DNA of 64,000 nucleotides, from NCBI GenBank assembly GCA_965372795.1, contig CBDVDR010000003.1, forward strand, positions 160,001-224,000. Reading direction: 5' to 3'. The notes under the pieces were generated by a model. That model was not told the DNA's origin, did no database searches, and saw only the letters and a program-made list of their open reading frames with translations. The number at the start of each line of letters is the position of its first letter. Position 1 is the stretch's first letter. The translations under genes and the position numbers were made by a program. Source of the DNA: an uncultured bacterium (GTDB lineage: Bacteria; Zixibacteria; MSB-5A5; GN15; FEB-12). Shown in pieces: positions 1 through 12,769 of the stretch.

Positions 1-1
1 C

Positions 2-1393
2 CTCCACGGGGCGATAATGATTTTCCTTTTTATTATTCCTTCGATTCCGGCAGTTCTTGGTAATTTTGTTTTACCCTTGATGCTTGGTGCCAAGGATGTT
101 GCCTTTCCCAGAATAAATTTACTGAGTTGGTATATCTATATCATAGGAGCCATGTTTGCTCTTTACTCGCTGGTGTCGGGCGGGGTAGATACCGGCTGGA
201 CCTTTTATACGCCATACAGTGTCGAATCAACAACTTCGGTTATTCCAATGACATTCGGTGCTTTTATAATGGGCTTCTCCTCGATTTTTACGGGGCTGAA
301 TTTTATTGTTACAATTCATAAACTTCGCGCACCCGGAATGACCTGGTTCAAACTTCCCCTGTTCGTCTGGGGTATCTATGCCACAGCAATTATTCAGGTT
401 TTAGCCACTCCGGTTTTAGGTATTACATTATTGTTATTAATCATTGAAAGAGTTGCTGCCATCGGAATTTTTGATCCGGCGATGGGGGGCGATCCGGTGC
501 TCTACCAGCATTTCTTCTGGTTCTATTCTCACCCGGCGGTTTATATAATGATTTTACCCGGAATGGGAATTATCAGTGAAGTTATTTCGGTCTTTTCACA
601 TAAGAAAATTTTCGGATATAAAGCGATTGCCTTTTCAAGTTTAGGAATTGCCTTTGTTAGTTTCATGGTCTGGGGACATCATATGTTTGTCAGCGGACAA
701 TCGGAACTGGCTGCTATGATCTTTTCGTTTTTAACCTTCCTGGTAGGCATCCCTTCCGGCATTAAAGTATTCAACTGGCTGGCAACGATGTATAAGGGTC
801 AGATAGAACTGAAAACCCCGATGTGGTACGCTTTGTCATTTTTGGTTCTGTTTACTATCGGCGGCTTAACCGGTATTTTTCTCGGTGCTTTGTCAGTTGA
901 TGTACATCTTCACGACACCTATTTTATTGTAGCCCATTTCCATTATGTTATGGTCGGCGGAACCGTGATGGCGTTCTTAGCCGGACTTCATTATTGGTGG
1001 CCAAAATTATGGGGCAGAATGTATAATGAAAAACTGGCGAATCTTTCCTGTCTGATAATTTTTATTGGTTTTAATATGACTTTCTTTTCTCAGTTCATGC
1101 TGGGCATGAATGGTATGCCGCGCCGGTATTATACATATCTGGAACAATATCAACCTTTACATGGTTTTTCATCGGTGGGATCACTTGTGATGGCGGTTGG
1201 ATTCTTTTTGATGGGCTTCTATTTGATTCATTCTATTTTCAAAGGACGATTAGCTCCCAAAAATCCATGGTCGGCTCTGACTTTTGAGTGGACGATTGAT
1301 TCCCCTCCTCCGGCTGGGAATTTTGATGAGGTTCCGGAACTTACTCATGGACCATACGATTTTGATAAAATTATTGTTAAAAGAGAGGTGTAG
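2..1393 (+). CDS. ctaD: Cytochrome c oxidase subunit I, A2-type; 5'-truncated by the window edge
   Basis: The frame is open from base 2 (LHGAIM...). It carries [17 protein letters not shown] (YS motif of A2 type), [18 protein letters not shown] and GMPRRY. Confidence 0.97.
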   Translation, partial: LHGAIMIFLFIIPSIPAVLGNFVLPLMLGAKDVAFPRINLLSWYIYIIGAMFALYSLVSGGVDTGWTFYTPYSVESTTSVIPMTFGAFIMGFSSIFTGLNFIVTIHKLRAPGMTWFKLPLFVWGIYATAIIQVLATPVLGITLLLLIIERVAAIGIFDPAMGGDPVLYQHFFWFYSHPAVYIMILPGMGIISEVISVFSHKKIFGYKAIAFSSLGIAFVSFMVWGHHMFVSGQSELAAMIFSFLTFLVGIPSGIKVFNWLATMYKGQIELKTPMWYALSFLVLFTIGGLTGIFLGALSVDVHLHDTYFIVAHFHYVMVGGTVMAFLAGLHYWWPKLWGRMYNEKLANLSCLIIFIGFNMTFFSQFMLGMNGMPRRYYTYLEQYQPLHGFSSVGSLVMAVGFFLMGFYLIHSIFKGRLAPKNPWSALTFEWTIDSPPPAGNFDEVPELTHGPYDFDKIIVKREV

Positions 1394-1396
1394 TTG

Positions 1397-2044
1397 ATGA
1401 ATCATTCGACGAGTCACCCTTCACATTTGCAACATCATTTCAGCGATACCCATCAACAGAAAGAGTCTGCAAAATTGGGTATGTGGATTTTCCTTTTAAC
1501 CGAAATTCTTCTTTTTGGCGGGTTGTTCTGTGCTTATGCGATCTTCCGTGCCTGGAATCCGGATGTGTTCCACAATGCTCACTTACACCTTGATGTCTGG
1601 CTGGGAACGCTGAACACGGTTGTGTTGATTACCAGTTCTTTAACCATGGCTTTGGCTATTCGGGCAATGCAATTAGGACAGAAAAGCAATACAATTACTT
1701 TTTTAGTAACAACATTTTTCTTAGCTGCCATCTTTTTGGTTGTTAAATATTTTGAATATGAACATAAAATCCACCTTGGACAGCTGCCGGGGAAATTTTA
1801 TACCTTTGATGGTATTGAAGGAAATAACCCCCATATCTTTTTCTCAATTTATTTTCTAATGACAGGCTTGCACGGTATACACATTCTTGGCGGGATGTCA
1901 GTCATTGGTTGGTTGATTTTTAAAACGAGGAATGATTCTTTTTCAGAAGAATATTATACACCGATTGAGATGACCGGATTATACTGGCATTTGGTTGATC
2001 TAATCTGGATTTTCCTCTTTCCGCTATTTTATTTAATAGGATAA
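1397..2044 (+). CDS. ctaE: Cytochrome c oxidase subunit III
   Basis: GMWIFLLTE, TGLHGIH and YWHLVDLIWIFLFP motifs; follows subunit I. TTG at 1394 is an alternative start. Confidence 0.95.
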   Translation: MNHSTSHPSHLQHHFSDTHQQKESAKLGMWIFLLTEILLFGGLFCAYAIFRAWNPDVFHNAHLHLDVWLGTLNTVVLITSSLTMALAIRAMQLGQKSNTITFLVTTFFLAAIFLVVKYFEYEHKIHLGQLPGKFYTFDGIEGNNPHIFFSIYFLMTGLHGIHILGGMSVIGWLIFKTRNDSFSEEYYTPIEMTGLYWHLVDLIWIFLFPLFYLIG

Positions 2045-2048
2045 TATA

Positions 2049-2483
2049 ATGAGTACCAATAAAGAACATGCCCACCATATCATCCCGTTGGGGACCTATA
2101 TAAGTATTGCAACCACATTAATAGTATTAACCGGGATAACAGTTTATATTTCTTTTTATGATTTTGGAGCTTTCAATTTAATGGTGGCGATGGTTATTGC
2201 CGCAACTAAAGCATCTCTGGTGGCTCTATATTTTATGCATCTCAAATATGATAATAAAATCTATTCCATAATCCTTGTCGGATCACTTCTGTTTTTGGCG
2301 ATTTTTATTATTTTGACGATGTTTGATACTTTGCGACGCGATGATATATATAAAATCAAAGGCGGACCGGTAAATCCTGATGCGATTATTTATCGCCAGG
2401 AAGCGATTACTGATTCCTTGCCTCTATTTCTTGATTCTACTACTACTGACAGTTCAGTAGTGGATACCCTTTCAAACCATTAA
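2049..2483 (+). CDS. ctaF: Cytochrome c oxidase subunit IV family protein
   Basis: Three TM helices, KASLVALYFMHLKY motif, operon position. Confidence 0.9.
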   Translation: MSTNKEHAHHIIPLGTYISIATTLIVLTGITVYISFYDFGAFNLMVAMVIAATKASLVALYFMHLKYDNKIYSIILVGSLLFLAIFIILTMFDTLRRDDIYKIKGGPVNPDAIIYRQEAITDSLPLFLDSTTTDSSVVDTLSNH

Positions 2484-2558
2484 TGCTTGCTCGATTATAA
2501 TGAATTTGCTAATTTTAATGTATCAGAGTAGGCTCCAGCCATATCACGGGGAGTGTAA

Positions 2559-3473
2559 ATGAAACTTTTTCAAAGATTTGCTTTAATATCAACCATCGGA
2601 ACCTATGTCGTAATTTTTATCGGGGGACTGGTGCGGGTTTCCGGAGCCGGTCTTGGTTGTCCGGATTGGCCCCAATGTTTCGGGCGATGGATTCCACCAA
2701 CAAGTATCGATCAGCTTCCGGCTCATATTGATCCCAGCCGATTTAATTTTGTCTTAGCCTGGATTGAATATCTTAATCGTGTTAGCGGGATGATGCTCGG
2801 ATTAGTAATTCTAACAACGGCACTTATTGCAATTACAAAACATCGTGACAAACGAACTTTGTTATTTGGATCAATGGCAGCCGCGGTTTTAGTCGCTCTG
2901 TTGGGACTTCAGGGTCGCATGGTTATAATCTCAGAACTCGAACCGATGATTGTAACAGTTCATATGCTTCTGGCACAGGTACTTGGAAGTCTATTGATCT
3001 TTGTGACTTATAAAGCCTACCATTACAATAAACCGCTTAAGGTTGAAATCCCAAAAGCTACCGGCAAATGGGTTTTTTCACTATGGTTGATAGGTGTTAT
3101 ACAAGTTGTTTTTGGAACTCAGATTCGATCAAAACTAGAGATGATTGCTGAGCAATTCCCACTGTTATCTGACAGCGAATGGTTGAAAAAAGTAGGAATG
3201 CTGAACCATTTACATATGACGATTGGTTTTGTACTGGCAATCTTAACGACTATTATCTGTTGGCGGATATTTATAAACCAGAAAGAACAAAACCTCATTA
3301 AAATCAGTTCACTGCTTGTAATTGTTGCTATTACAGTTCAACTTGTGCTGGGTATCGTATTTATATCAGTAGGTATGGCTGAATTGGTCAGAGTCTTTCA
3401 TCTTTGGATTGCCTCGATTTATCTTGGATTGCTCTTTTTGATTTTTACAGCAATCAAAAGCGTAAGGAAATAG
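2559..3473 (+). CDS. ctaA: Heme A synthase (COX15/CtaA)
   Basis: GGLVRVSGAGLGCPDWPQC motif, about 8 TM helices with His residues. Confidence 0.92.
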   Translation: MKLFQRFALISTIGTYVVIFIGGLVRVSGAGLGCPDWPQCFGRWIPPTSIDQLPAHIDPSRFNFVLAWIEYLNRVSGMMLGLVILTTALIAITKHRDKRTLLFGSMAAAVLVALLGLQGRMVIISELEPMIVTVHMLLAQVLGSLLIFVTYKAYHYNKPLKVEIPKATGKWVFSLWLIGVIQVVFGTQIRSKLEMIAEQFPLLSDSEWLKKVGMLNHLHMTIGFVLAILTTIICWRIFINQKEQNLIKISSLLVIVAITVQLVLGIVFISVGMAELVRVFHLWIASIYLGLLFLIFTAIKSVRK

Positions 3474-3475
3474 TT

Positions 3476-4063
3476 ATGGCAAAAGTAATGTCGTGGTTTA
3501 TCCCATTACTGATAGTATTAGTGGTAGGGGCGTATTTTGTAATAAATACCGCCCAAAAATCGGTTGCCGACCTTCCAATTTTGGGGGAAGTCCCCAAATT
3601 TACATTTACAAATCAACATTCCAAACCGTTTTCACAGGAAAATCTTAAAGGAAAAATTACTGTTGTCGATTTCATTTTTACCAATTGCCATGGACCATGC
3701 CCGATAATGTCGGCTAATATGGCTGAGCTATATCGTTTGAGTGAATCCACCGACAAAATTCAGTTTGTTTCGATATCGGTTGACCCCGAACGGGATACAA
3801 TCGAAACCCTGCTGGAATATTCTAAAAACTTTGATGTTAATGATAACCGCTGGCAATTTTTATATAGTGAAATTGAAGGGGTAAAAGAACTTTGCGAGGG
3901 AGGGTTTATGCTGGCGGCTGATGATCTCCCGGGAAATCACAGCACCAAGTTTATCATGGTTGATCAATTAGGCTTGATAAGAGGCTATTATGATGGCACT
4001 GATGAAGCCAGCATTAATATTCTCAAAACCCATCTCCGTCAATTATTATCAGAAATTGAATAA
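3476..4063 (+). CDS. SCO1/SenC family copper chaperone
   Basis: FIFTNCHGPCP (CxxxC), ISVDPERD and HS motifs, N-terminal TM anchor. ATG at 3476 lies just after the ctaA stop. Confidence 0.92.
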   Translation: MAKVMSWFIPLLIVLVVGAYFVINTAQKSVADLPILGEVPKFTFTNQHSKPFSQENLKGKITVVDFIFTNCHGPCPIMSANMAELYRLSESTDKIQFVSISVDPERDTIETLLEYSKNFDVNDNRWQFLYSEIEGVKELCEGGFMLAADDLPGNHSTKFIMVDQLGLIRGYYDGTDEASINILKTHLRQLLSEIE

Positions 4064-4066
4064 ATT

Positions 4067-4480
4067 ATGACAATTACTGATCTGCCACTGTTGAACGCCT
4101 CACTAAATTCTCTTACCGCAATTTTACTTATCATCGGATACCGATATATTAAAAATGGTGATGAAGTTACCCATAAAAAGTTTATGCTGGGAGCTTTGGG
4201 ATCTTCAACAATATTTCTAACTAGTTATCTTATATACCATTACTATGTCGGGTCAATCCCATATCCGTATCATAACTGGACTCGCCCCGTTTATTTTACG
4301 ATTCTTATTCCTCATGTAATATTAGCTGCTTTAATGATACCTTTTATTCTAACGGGTGTCTGGTTTGCAATTAAGGGGAAATTCGACCAACATAAACGGC
4401 TTATGAAAATTGTATTTCCGGTCTGGATTTTTGTCTCAATTTCCGGAGTTCTGGTCTATTTGATGTTGTATCAGCTTTAG
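4067..4480 (+). CDS. DUF420 (CtaM-like) membrane protein, oxidase assembly
   Basis: LPLLNASLN...HKKFM...H...W.FVS.SGV pattern, 4 TM helices, oxidase cluster context. Confidence 0.85.
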   Translation: MTITDLPLLNASLNSLTAILLIIGYRYIKNGDEVTHKKFMLGALGSSTIFLTSYLIYHYYVGSIPYPYHNWTRPVYFTILIPHVILAALMIPFILTGVWFAIKGKFDQHKRLMKIVFPVWIFVSISGVLVYLMLYQL

Positions 4481-4566
4481 TTTTATTTTGTATTTTCTAA
4501 TATCCTTCCCCACTTTATAAAAGTTAAAAATTATTGAATAAAAGGGTCTTGTGTACCACAAAAAGG

Positions 4567-4594
4567 TTGACAGTTGAGACAATCAGGATATATT
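4567..4594 (+). promoter_or_regulatory. Sigma70-type promoter of the atp operon
   Basis: TTGACA-N16-TATATT about 30 nt upstream of the first atp ORF. Confidence 0.6.
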
Positions 4595-4622
4595 TGCGCT
4601 TTAATAAGATTGAAGGGTAACA

Positions 4623-4883
4623 ATGGCCCTATTAAGTCCTGATAAGAAGAACAAAGACAACAGCGATTATCGTCAGATTTCTCTTCTGGCAGTTATTCCT
4701 GCTTTGTTATTAGCCGCACCTTTGGTAGGCTTTTTTAGCGGACAATGGTTGGATGAAAAATTTGAGACTGAACCGTATTTGATGACTTTGGGAGTGATTT
4801 TGGGTTTTGGTTCTGCGGGAATTGAAATCTATAAACTCGTAAAGAAATCAGAAGCGATGGAAAAGAATAAAAATGACGAGTAA
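4623..4883 (+). CDS. AtpZ/AtpI-family ATP synthase gene-1 protein
   Basis: Two TM helices with the G..LD..F.T.P motif; first ORF of the atp operon. Confidence 0.85.
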   Translation: MALLSPDKKNKDNSDYRQISLLAVIPALLLAAPLVGFFSGQWLDEKFETEPYLMTLGVILGFGSAGIEIYKLVKKSEAMEKNKNDE

Positions 4884-5289
4884 ATTTGATCTAAACTTTC
4901 TCGACCGAACATTGAAAACGACTGGAATTCTCCTGTTGATATTTCTGCCGTTTGGACTGTACTATTTCGGATCATATCCTACTTTGGCAGTCTTTTCCGG
5001 CGGTATCTGGGGAATGCTTAATTTTATCTTTCTATCGGCTTTAATTCGGTCAACTATTACACCCGAAGGCGCCGACAAATTCAAAGCAATCTCATTGCTC
5101 TTGATAAAATTCCCTTTACTTTATCTCTCCGGTTATTTTCTTTTAAAAATTCAGATTTTTGAACCAATGCATTTAATGATTGGATTTACATCACTATTTG
5201 GAATTATGCTCTTAAAAGTTCTGGGTCGTCTGTTTTTGGCTCTGGATGATAAAAAGCAAGTAGATGAAAGGTTGCAAAAGGCTCATTAA
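4873..5289 (+). CDS. atpI: ATP synthase protein I
   Basis: Four-TM protein immediately before subunit a. Confidence 0.75.
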   Translation: MTSKFDLNFLDRTLKTTGILLLIFLPFGLYYFGSYPTLAVFSGGIWGMLNFIFLSALIRSTITPEGADKFKAISLLLIKFPLLYLSGYFLLKIQIFEPMHLMIGFTSLFGIMLLKVLGRLFLALDDKKQVDERLQKAH

Positions 5290-6092
5290 TGGGTAGTATA
5301 AATTATATCTATTTTCTGGCAATAGCATCGGTGGGTCCGATCTTATCGGCTGCCTCAGGCGGTGCGACACATCTCCCCGATGTGGTAGGCATGATCTCTC
5401 ACAGTGATACAATTACCTTATGGAAACCGGTTATTTACTCTTTTATTATTGCGATATTTATGTCATTAATCGCTGTGAAAGCTTCACGTCATAGAGAGCT
5501 TATCCCGGGTAGATTTCAAAATGTAATTGAGATGCTTGTTGAAGGAATGTACAATTTTCTTAGCACAATTCTTGGTAAAGATGCTAAAAAATACACTCCG
5601 TTTTTGGGGTCTTTGTTTTTCTACATTCTTTTAATGAATTTCATGGGTATTATTCCGGGTGGTTTCTCACCGTCAACCAGTATCAATATCACCGCTTCAC
5701 TGGCAATCATTGTATTTTTATATGCCCAATATACCGGCGTGAGAAGACTCGGTATTGTCGGCTATCTCGATCACCTTGCCGGCCAGCCGCGTGATGTCAT
5801 CAGTTGGTGCCTGGTTCCGTTGATGCTTCCCATGCATATTATTGGCGAGATTGCCAAGCCGTTCTCATTAGCTTTGCGTTTATTCGGTAACATTACCGGT
5901 GAGGATATTCTGGTTGCCGCTTTTGTCGGACTTGGATTATCAGCCTTGGCTATATTCAATTCTCCAATCGGATTGCCGTTTAACGTACCGTTTATTTTGT
6001 TAGGAATATTATTGTCGACGATTCAGGCTCTGGTGTTTACCCTGTTGTCGACTATTTATATATTAATGATGCTTCCTCACGAGGAACATTGA
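5289..6092 (+). CDS. atpB: F0 subunit a
   Basis: PGRFQN, KPFSLALRLFGN and IQALVFTLL motifs. Confidence 0.97.
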   Translation: MGSINYIYFLAIASVGPILSAASGGATHLPDVVGMISHSDTITLWKPVIYSFIIAIFMSLIAVKASRHRELIPGRFQNVIEMLVEGMYNFLSTILGKDAKKYTPFLGSLFFYILLMNFMGIIPGGFSPSTSINITASLAIIVFLYAQYTGVRRLGIVGYLDHLAGQPRDVISWCLVPLMLPMHIIGEIAKPFSLALRLFGNITGEDILVAAFVGLGLSALAIFNSPIGLPFNVPFILLGILLSTIQALVFTLLSTIYILMMLPHEEH

Positions 6093-6148
6093 TAGGTTTT
6101 AAAAACGAAAATAAGTAAATTTAACTTAGTATTAAAGGAGTATGAAAA

Positions 6149-6382
6149 ATGGAATATCAAGCAATGTTAGCTTGGGCGCTGCCGATGGGTGTTGGTCTTG
6201 CCGCCGTAGGTTCAGGTCTTGGATTGGGTCGTGCAGTTGGTTCTGCTATGGAAGCTATCGGTCGTCAGCCGGAAGCCTCTGGTAAAATTCAGACCGCAAT
6301 GATTATCGGTGCTGCCCTTATTGAAGCATTGACTATCTATGCTTTGGTCGTATTCTTTATTCTTTCCGGAAAAATCGGGTAA
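6149..6382 (+). CDS. atpE: F0 subunit c (H+-type signature)
   Basis: GxGxG helix, RQPEA loop, IEALTIY (no Ser/Thr directly after the Glu); AGGAG RBS. Confidence 0.98.
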   Translation: MEYQAMLAWALPMGVGLAAVGSGLGLGRAVGSAMEAIGRQPEASGKIQTAMIIGAALIEALTIYALVVFFILSGKIG

Positions 6383-6447
6383 AACGGTTTTTTAGGACGG
6401 GCAACCGTCTTGTTTATTTAACCGTTAACTCGTAAAGTGGAGAAGCC

Positions 6448-6930
6448 ATGGATATTCAATGGCAATTACTTTTAACTCACGGAATTGGCTTTTTAATCAC
6501 TCTGTGGATTTTGAAAAAATTCGCATGGGGACCGATTCTTGGTATTATTGATGAACGTCAGGAAAAAATTGCTGACGAATTTAAAAATATCGAAAATGAA
6601 AAAGACAAAGCTGCAAATTTATCCGTTGAGTATGAAGCCAAGTTAAAAAATATAGATGATGAGCGCCGCGCTAAAATGGTTGAAGCTGTTGACGAAGGCA
6701 AAAAAATTGCTGAAGAAATTAAAAAATCTGCTCAAAATGATGCCAAACTTCTCAGTGACAAAAATAAACTGGAACTCGAGCGTGATGTTGCCAAAGCCAA
6801 AGTTCAATTGAAAGAAGATATGGTCACAATGACTATGGCAGCGGCTGAAAAAATTATTAAAGAGCGTCTTGATGATGCCAAGCATCGTCAATTGATAAAC
6901 GAATTCATCGATAATTTGGAGAAAGCGTAA
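6448..6930 (+). CDS. atpF: F0 subunit b
   Basis: N-terminal TM, KFAWGPI...ER, then a coiled coil. Confidence 0.95.
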   Translation: MDIQWQLLLTHGIGFLITLWILKKFAWGPILGIIDERQEKIADEFKNIENEKDKAANLSVEYEAKLKNIDDERRAKMVEAVDEGKKIAEEIKKSAQNDAKLLSDKNKLELERDVAKAKVQLKEDMVTMTMAAAEKIIKERLDDAKHRQLINEFIDNLEKA

Positions 6931-6933
6931 TAG

Positions 6934-7482
6934 ATGCTTGCTCAGGAAGTAGCCCAGAAATATGCTCGTGCATTGTTTGCATCTACTAAAGACAGAAATA
7001 GTCTCGATGCGGTGTACGGCCAGTTGACTGATTTGAACGAGTATGTTGAAAAAGATAAATCGTTGATGGATTATTTAAATTCCCCCAACGTTTATGAAAA
7101 CAAAAAAATCGACCTTCTGAGAACGGTGTTCTTAGAAAAGCTCAATCGAATCGTAGTTGAATTTCTTATTGTTCTGGTGGAAAAGAAACGGATCGGGTTC
7201 CTGCCGATTATTATTGATGAATATATCAGATTAGTAGAATCTGAAAAAGGTATTGCCCGTGTTACCGCTATTGTTGCGATGCCTTTGAAAGAAGAAGAAA
7301 GAAACAAATTAGTTCAAAAGCTTTCTGAAAAAACCAATATGAAAATTAAGTTGGAAGTGACTCAGGACCCGTCGATTATCGGAGGCATGATCGTGGTTAT
7401 GCATAATAATATTATTGACGGTTCGATCAAACACCAACTTGAACTGGTTACAGAAAAAATGAGCTCGGTTAGAGTTCATTAA
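6934..7482 (+). CDS. atpH: F1 subunit delta
   Basis: A.KYARAL, DPSIIGG and IDGS motifs. Confidence 0.95.
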   Translation: MLAQEVAQKYARALFASTKDRNSLDAVYGQLTDLNEYVEKDKSLMDYLNSPNVYENKKIDLLRTVFLEKLNRIVVEFLIVLVEKKRIGFLPIIIDEYIRLVESEKGIARVTAIVAMPLKEEERNKLVQKLSEKTNMKIKLEVTQDPSIIGGMIVVMHNNIIDGSIKHQLELVTEKMSSVRVH

Positions 7483-7572
7483 TAAGCTTTTACCTGATTG
7501 ATAAAGTAAGAATTAAATCGCCTGATATGGCGGTTAACCAAAAAAACAGGCAAAGCCTGTAGGAGTTATACG

Positions 7573-9087
7573 ATGGGTCTCAACCCTGAAGAAGTTTCGT
7601 CAGTTATTCGAAAAGAAATCGAAAAGTACGAAAAGAAACTTGAGATGGAATCAGTAGGGACGGTTCTTCAGGTCGGTGACGGTATTGCCCGTATTTGGGG
7701 TCTCGAAGATGTCCAAATGTCCGAGCTGATTTTATTCCCCGGTGATATTATGGGAATGGTGCTGAACCTCGAAGCTGATAACGTAGGTGCGGCAATCTTC
7801 GGATCCGACATAAATATTAAAGAAGGTGATACTGTTCGCAGAACCGGCAAAGTTGCATCTGTTCCCGTTGGTGATGCCTTAATTGGTCGTGTTGTTAATC
7901 CGTTAGGAAAACCGCTTGATGCCAAAGGTCCAATTGCTACTGATAAAACAAGAATTATCGATGGGATGGCTCCTTCGGTTATTGAAAGACAGCCTGTAAA
8001 AGAACCGTTGCAAACCGGACTTAAAGCTATTGATTCGATGATTCCAATCGGTCGCGGTCAGCGTGAATTGATTATTGGTGATCGACAAACCGGTAAAACA
8101 GCCTTGGCTATTGATACTATCATTAATCAAAAAGATACTGATGTTATCTGTGTCTATGTTGCTATCGGTCAAAAATCATCAACCGTTGCTCAGGTCGTGG
8201 AAATTTTGAGAAAGAACGGCGCCATGGAATATACCATTGTGGTCGTGGCTTCTGCTAATGATCCCGCTCCGTTGCAATATATTGCTCCTTATGCCGGATG
8301 TGCTATGGGTGAAGAATTCATGTACAATGGCAAACATGTTCTCTGCGTATATGATGATTTAACAAAACAAGCAGCTTCCTATCGCCAGTTGTCACTTCTG
8401 CTTCGCCGTCCTCCGGGTCGTGAAGCATATCCCGGTGACATTTTCTATTGTCACTCCCGCTTGTTGGAACGTGCCGCAAAACTTTCTAAAGAAAAAGGTG
8501 CCGGTTCATTAACAGCTCTTCCGATTATTGAAACTCAGGCTGGTGATGTTTCTGCATATATTCCTACTAACGTTATTTCAATTACTGATGGTCAAATATT
8601 CCTGGAATCAGAACTGTTTGCTGCCGGTGTTCGTCCGGCTATTAACGTCGGTATCTCTGTCTCACGTGTGGGCGGTAATGCTCAGACAAAAATGATGAAA
8701 CAGGTTGCCGGATCATTGAAACTGGATCTGGCGCAGTTCCGCGAATTGGAAGCCTTTACCCAGTTTGGTTCTGATTTGGATGAAGCTACTTTGAAACAGC
8801 TAAATCGCGGACAGAAAATGGTTGAGATGCTCAAACAAGGTCAATATGAGCCAATGCATGTCGCTCATCAGGTTATGATTATCTGGTGCGGAGCCAATGG
8901 TCATGTTGATGATATTCCGACTGAAGATATTGGTCGCTTCCAGGATGAATTAATCGCTTACTGCATTAAAAACTTCCCTGATATCGAACATAGTTTGAAT
9001 AAGGAAATGAAAATTTCTGATGATCTTGGTGCGAAGATGAAAAATGCGGTTGATAATTTTAAAACTCAGTTTAAGAAAACTGAATAG
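7573..9087 (+). CDS. atpA: F1 subunit alpha
   Basis: GDRQTGKT Walker [11 protein letters not shown]. Confidence 0.99.
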   Translation: MGLNPEEVSSVIRKEIEKYEKKLEMESVGTVLQVGDGIARIWGLEDVQMSELILFPGDIMGMVLNLEADNVGAAIFGSDINIKEGDTVRRTGKVASVPVGDALIGRVVNPLGKPLDAKGPIATDKTRIIDGMAPSVIERQPVKEPLQTGLKAIDSMIPIGRGQRELIIGDRQTGKTALAIDTIINQKDTDVICVYVAIGQKSSTVAQVVEILRKNGAMEYTIVVVASANDPAPLQYIAPYAGCAMGEEFMYNGKHVLCVYDDLTKQAASYRQLSLLLRRPPGREAYPGDIFYCHSRLLERAAKLSKEKGAGSLTALPIIETQAGDVSAYIPTNVISITDGQIFLESELFAAGVRPAINVGISVSRVGGNAQTKMMKQVAGSLKLDLAQFRELEAFTQFGSDLDEATLKQLNRGQKMVEMLKQGQYEPMHVAHQVMIIWCGANGHVDDIPTEDIGRFQDELIAYCIKNFPDIEHSLNKEMKISDDLGAKMKNAVDNFKTQFKKTE

Positions 9088-9101
9088 GTAAGTAACAACA
9101 G

Positions 9102-9974
9102 ATGCCTACACTGCGTGAAGTAAAAAATAGAATTCGTACCGTCATATCGACTGAACGAATTACAAGAGCGATGGAGATGGTTGCTGCTGCCAAGTTACGT
9201 CGGGCACAGGAAAAGGTTGAACAATCGCGTCCATACAGTAAGAAGATGGATGAGATGCTCAGCCAGCTGGCATCCGGCGCAACCGGTGAAATCAGCCATC
9301 CATATTTTGAAGAACGTGAATTAAAAAAACGTACCGTGGTCGTGATTACATCTGATCGCGGTTTGTGCGGATCTTTTAATTCAAATATTATCCGTAAAGC
9401 TAATAATTGGCTTGTGAATAACAGAGATGTTGAAACTGAAATAGTAACTATTGGAAAACGATCCTTCGATTTTTTCAAAAGACGTGAATGGAAGTTGATT
9501 GAGGATTTTTCCGACTGGGGCGGTTCCTTACAATTAAGTAAAGCCCAACAGGTTGTATCATTCCTTACCGAGCGTTTTGTCGGTGGGGAAACTGATGAAA
9601 TAGTTCTGTTTTATACCCGTTTCTTAACGATGGTGAAATATAAAATTGTAAATGAAAAATATCTTCCGATTGCTCCGCCGGATACTGATTCAGTTGAACA
9701 GACCGGCAGCAATATGGAATATATTTACGAACCTTCACCGGAATCTATTTATGGCGCCCTGATGCCCAGTTATGCCATGACCAAAATGATTACAGCATTG
9801 GTTGAATCTTTTGCCAGTGAACATGGCAGCCGGATGATGGCGATGGGTAATGCAACCAAAAATGCCGGTGATATGATACAGTCGTTAACCCTTGATTATA
9901 ATAAAGCAAGACAGGCACAAATTACTAAGGAATTACTGGAGGTTGTCTCCGGTGCTGAAGCTTTGAACGCCTGA
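9102..9974 (+). CDS. atpG: F1 subunit gamma
   Basis: ITRAMEMVAAAK, DRGLCG and RQAQITKEL motifs. Confidence 0.98.
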   Translation: MPTLREVKNRIRTVISTERITRAMEMVAAAKLRRAQEKVEQSRPYSKKMDEMLSQLASGATGEISHPYFEERELKKRTVVVITSDRGLCGSFNSNIIRKANNWLVNNRDVETEIVTIGKRSFDFFKRREWKLIEDFSDWGGSLQLSKAQQVVSFLTERFVGGETDEIVLFYTRFLTMVKYKIVNEKYLPIAPPDTDSVEQTGSNMEYIYEPSPESIYGALMPSYAMTKMITALVESFASEHGSRMMAMGNATKNAGDMIQSLTLDYNKARQAQITKELLEVVSGAEALNA

Positions 9975-10016
9975 TTAAAGTAGAAAAAAAAGATTTTAAT
10001 AAATTGGAGTTTTTAA

Positions 10017-11423
<1,407 letters not shown>

Positions 11424-11425
11424 TT

Positions 11426-11830
11426 ATGTTTCATCTATCGATAGTGACACCTGAAAAAATCTACTGTGAGGCTGAAGTAAACTCATTGTCCGTTCCGGGT
11501 ACGGAAGGATATTTGGGGATTTTGTCTCATCACGCTCCATTGATTTCAGCCTTGATCCCCGGTAAGATAGAATATCGAGATGCCGAAGAGAAAGTCATTG
11601 AATTGGCTGTGTCCGGTGGATTTTTGGAAGTTTCTGACAACAAGGCTACTATTTTAGCTGATGCTGTTGAAAATGCCAATGAGATAGATACTAATCGAGC
11701 CAAAGCCGCTAAGGAACGGGCTCAAAAACGGATCAATCATTCAGGTGAAAAAGATCAGAGCATTAACGTTTATCGTGCTCGAATTGCTTTATTGAAAGCT
11801 TTGAACAGACTAAAAGTTGCCAATCGGTAG
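11426..11830 (+). CDS. atpC: F1 subunit epsilon
   Basis: IVTPE, GILSHHAP and VSGGFLEV motifs. Confidence 0.97.
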   Translation: MFHLSIVTPEKIYCEAEVNSLSVPGTEGYLGILSHHAPLISALIPGKIEYRDAEEKVIELAVSGGFLEVSDNKATILADAVENANEIDTNRAKAAKERAQKRINHSGEKDQSINVYRARIALLKALNRLKVANR

Positions 11831-11902
11831 TATTACTTAGCTGATTGGCTGCTAAAAAAAGGCAGACTATAGTTTAGATTGCCCTGTTCAGAAAAACAAA
11901 AT

Positions 11903-11964
11903 GCCCGAAGTGCCTGCAATCTCTCTGTAACCCGTTGGATTGCATACCCTTTTGGGCTTTTTTT
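11903..11964 (+). terminator. Probable terminator after the atp operon (long interrupted hairpin)
   Basis: Outer arms GCCCGAAG...CTTTTGGGC, inner arms TGCAATC...GATTGCA, followed by a T-run. Confidence 0.5.
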
Positions 11965-12005
11965 CTGCTTGACTTTTCCGTCTTTTTTGCCTAAAATATG
12001 AAGCT

Positions 12006-12530
12006 ATGATATTATATTTGAGTAAATATGACTATTTTCCGGTAAATGTAAAACTGGATGGAAGTCAGGATAAAATTGAATTTGAAAATGAATCGGTTGT
12101 CACAGCCAAGTCAATTGAAATAGATATAGATATTCAACAATCCGGTAACGAATTTTTTTGCCAGGGATCGGTCATTGCTGATCTCAAACTTGAATGTGCC
12201 AGATGTTTGACTGAATTTGATAAAAACATTCAAAATAAAATGGATTTTATAATTTGCGATAAGGAATATCATACTTCAACTGAGGGTGATGCCATTGATA
12301 CTGAGGATTATGTTTATTATACCGGACCGGAACAAAAAGCCGATCTGAGGGAAATCGTTCGTCAGACTATCCTTTTGGGACTGACAATGAAACCATTATG
12401 CTCTGAAGATTGCAAAGGACTTTGTTCTTCATGTAGTATAAATTTAAATATATCCGATTGTGAATGCGATAATGAAAAAGTTGATCCCAGGTGGGATGCG
12501 TTAAAGAATTTAAAGAATAGTTCACTATAA
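12006..12530 (+). CDS. YceD/DUF177 family protein
   Basis: CARCL and LCSEDCKGLC...DPRW motifs; precedes rpmF. Confidence 0.93.
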   Translation: MILYLSKYDYFPVNVKLDGSQDKIEFENESVVTAKSIEIDIDIQQSGNEFFCQGSVIADLKLECARCLTEFDKNIQNKMDFIICDKEYHTSTEGDAIDTEDYVYYTGPEQKADLREIVRQTILLGLTMKPLCSEDCKGLCSSCSINLNISDCECDNEKVDPRWDALKNLKNSSL

Positions 12531-12546
12531 ATTGAGGTTTTAAAAA

Positions 12547-12729
12547 ATGCCACTTCCAAAACGGAGACATTCTCGTACGCGCGGTAGAAAGCGTCGAACT
12601 AATTGGAAACTTAGTATGCCTACTCCGGTAGACTGTCCACATTGTCATCAGGCACGTCTTCCGCATCATATCTGCCCACATTGCGGTTATTACAACGGAA
12701 GACAAGTTATAACCGTAAAAGAGATATAA
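12547..12729 (+). CDS. rpmF: 50S ribosomal protein L32 (Zn-ribbon type)
   Basis: MPLPKRRHS...CPHC...HHICPHCGYY. Confidence 0.97.
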   Translation: MPLPKRRHSRTRGRKRRTNWKLSMPTPVDCPHCHQARLPHHICPHCGYYNGRQVITVKEI

Positions 12730-12769
12730 GGATTATAATCGATTAGGGAAATCGATTATCAAGGAGGAC

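Noticed and set aside
4549..4561. Rex operator before the atp promoter
   Set aside because: TTGTG-N3-CACAA has the wrong spacing; Rex needs TTGTG-N8-CACAA.
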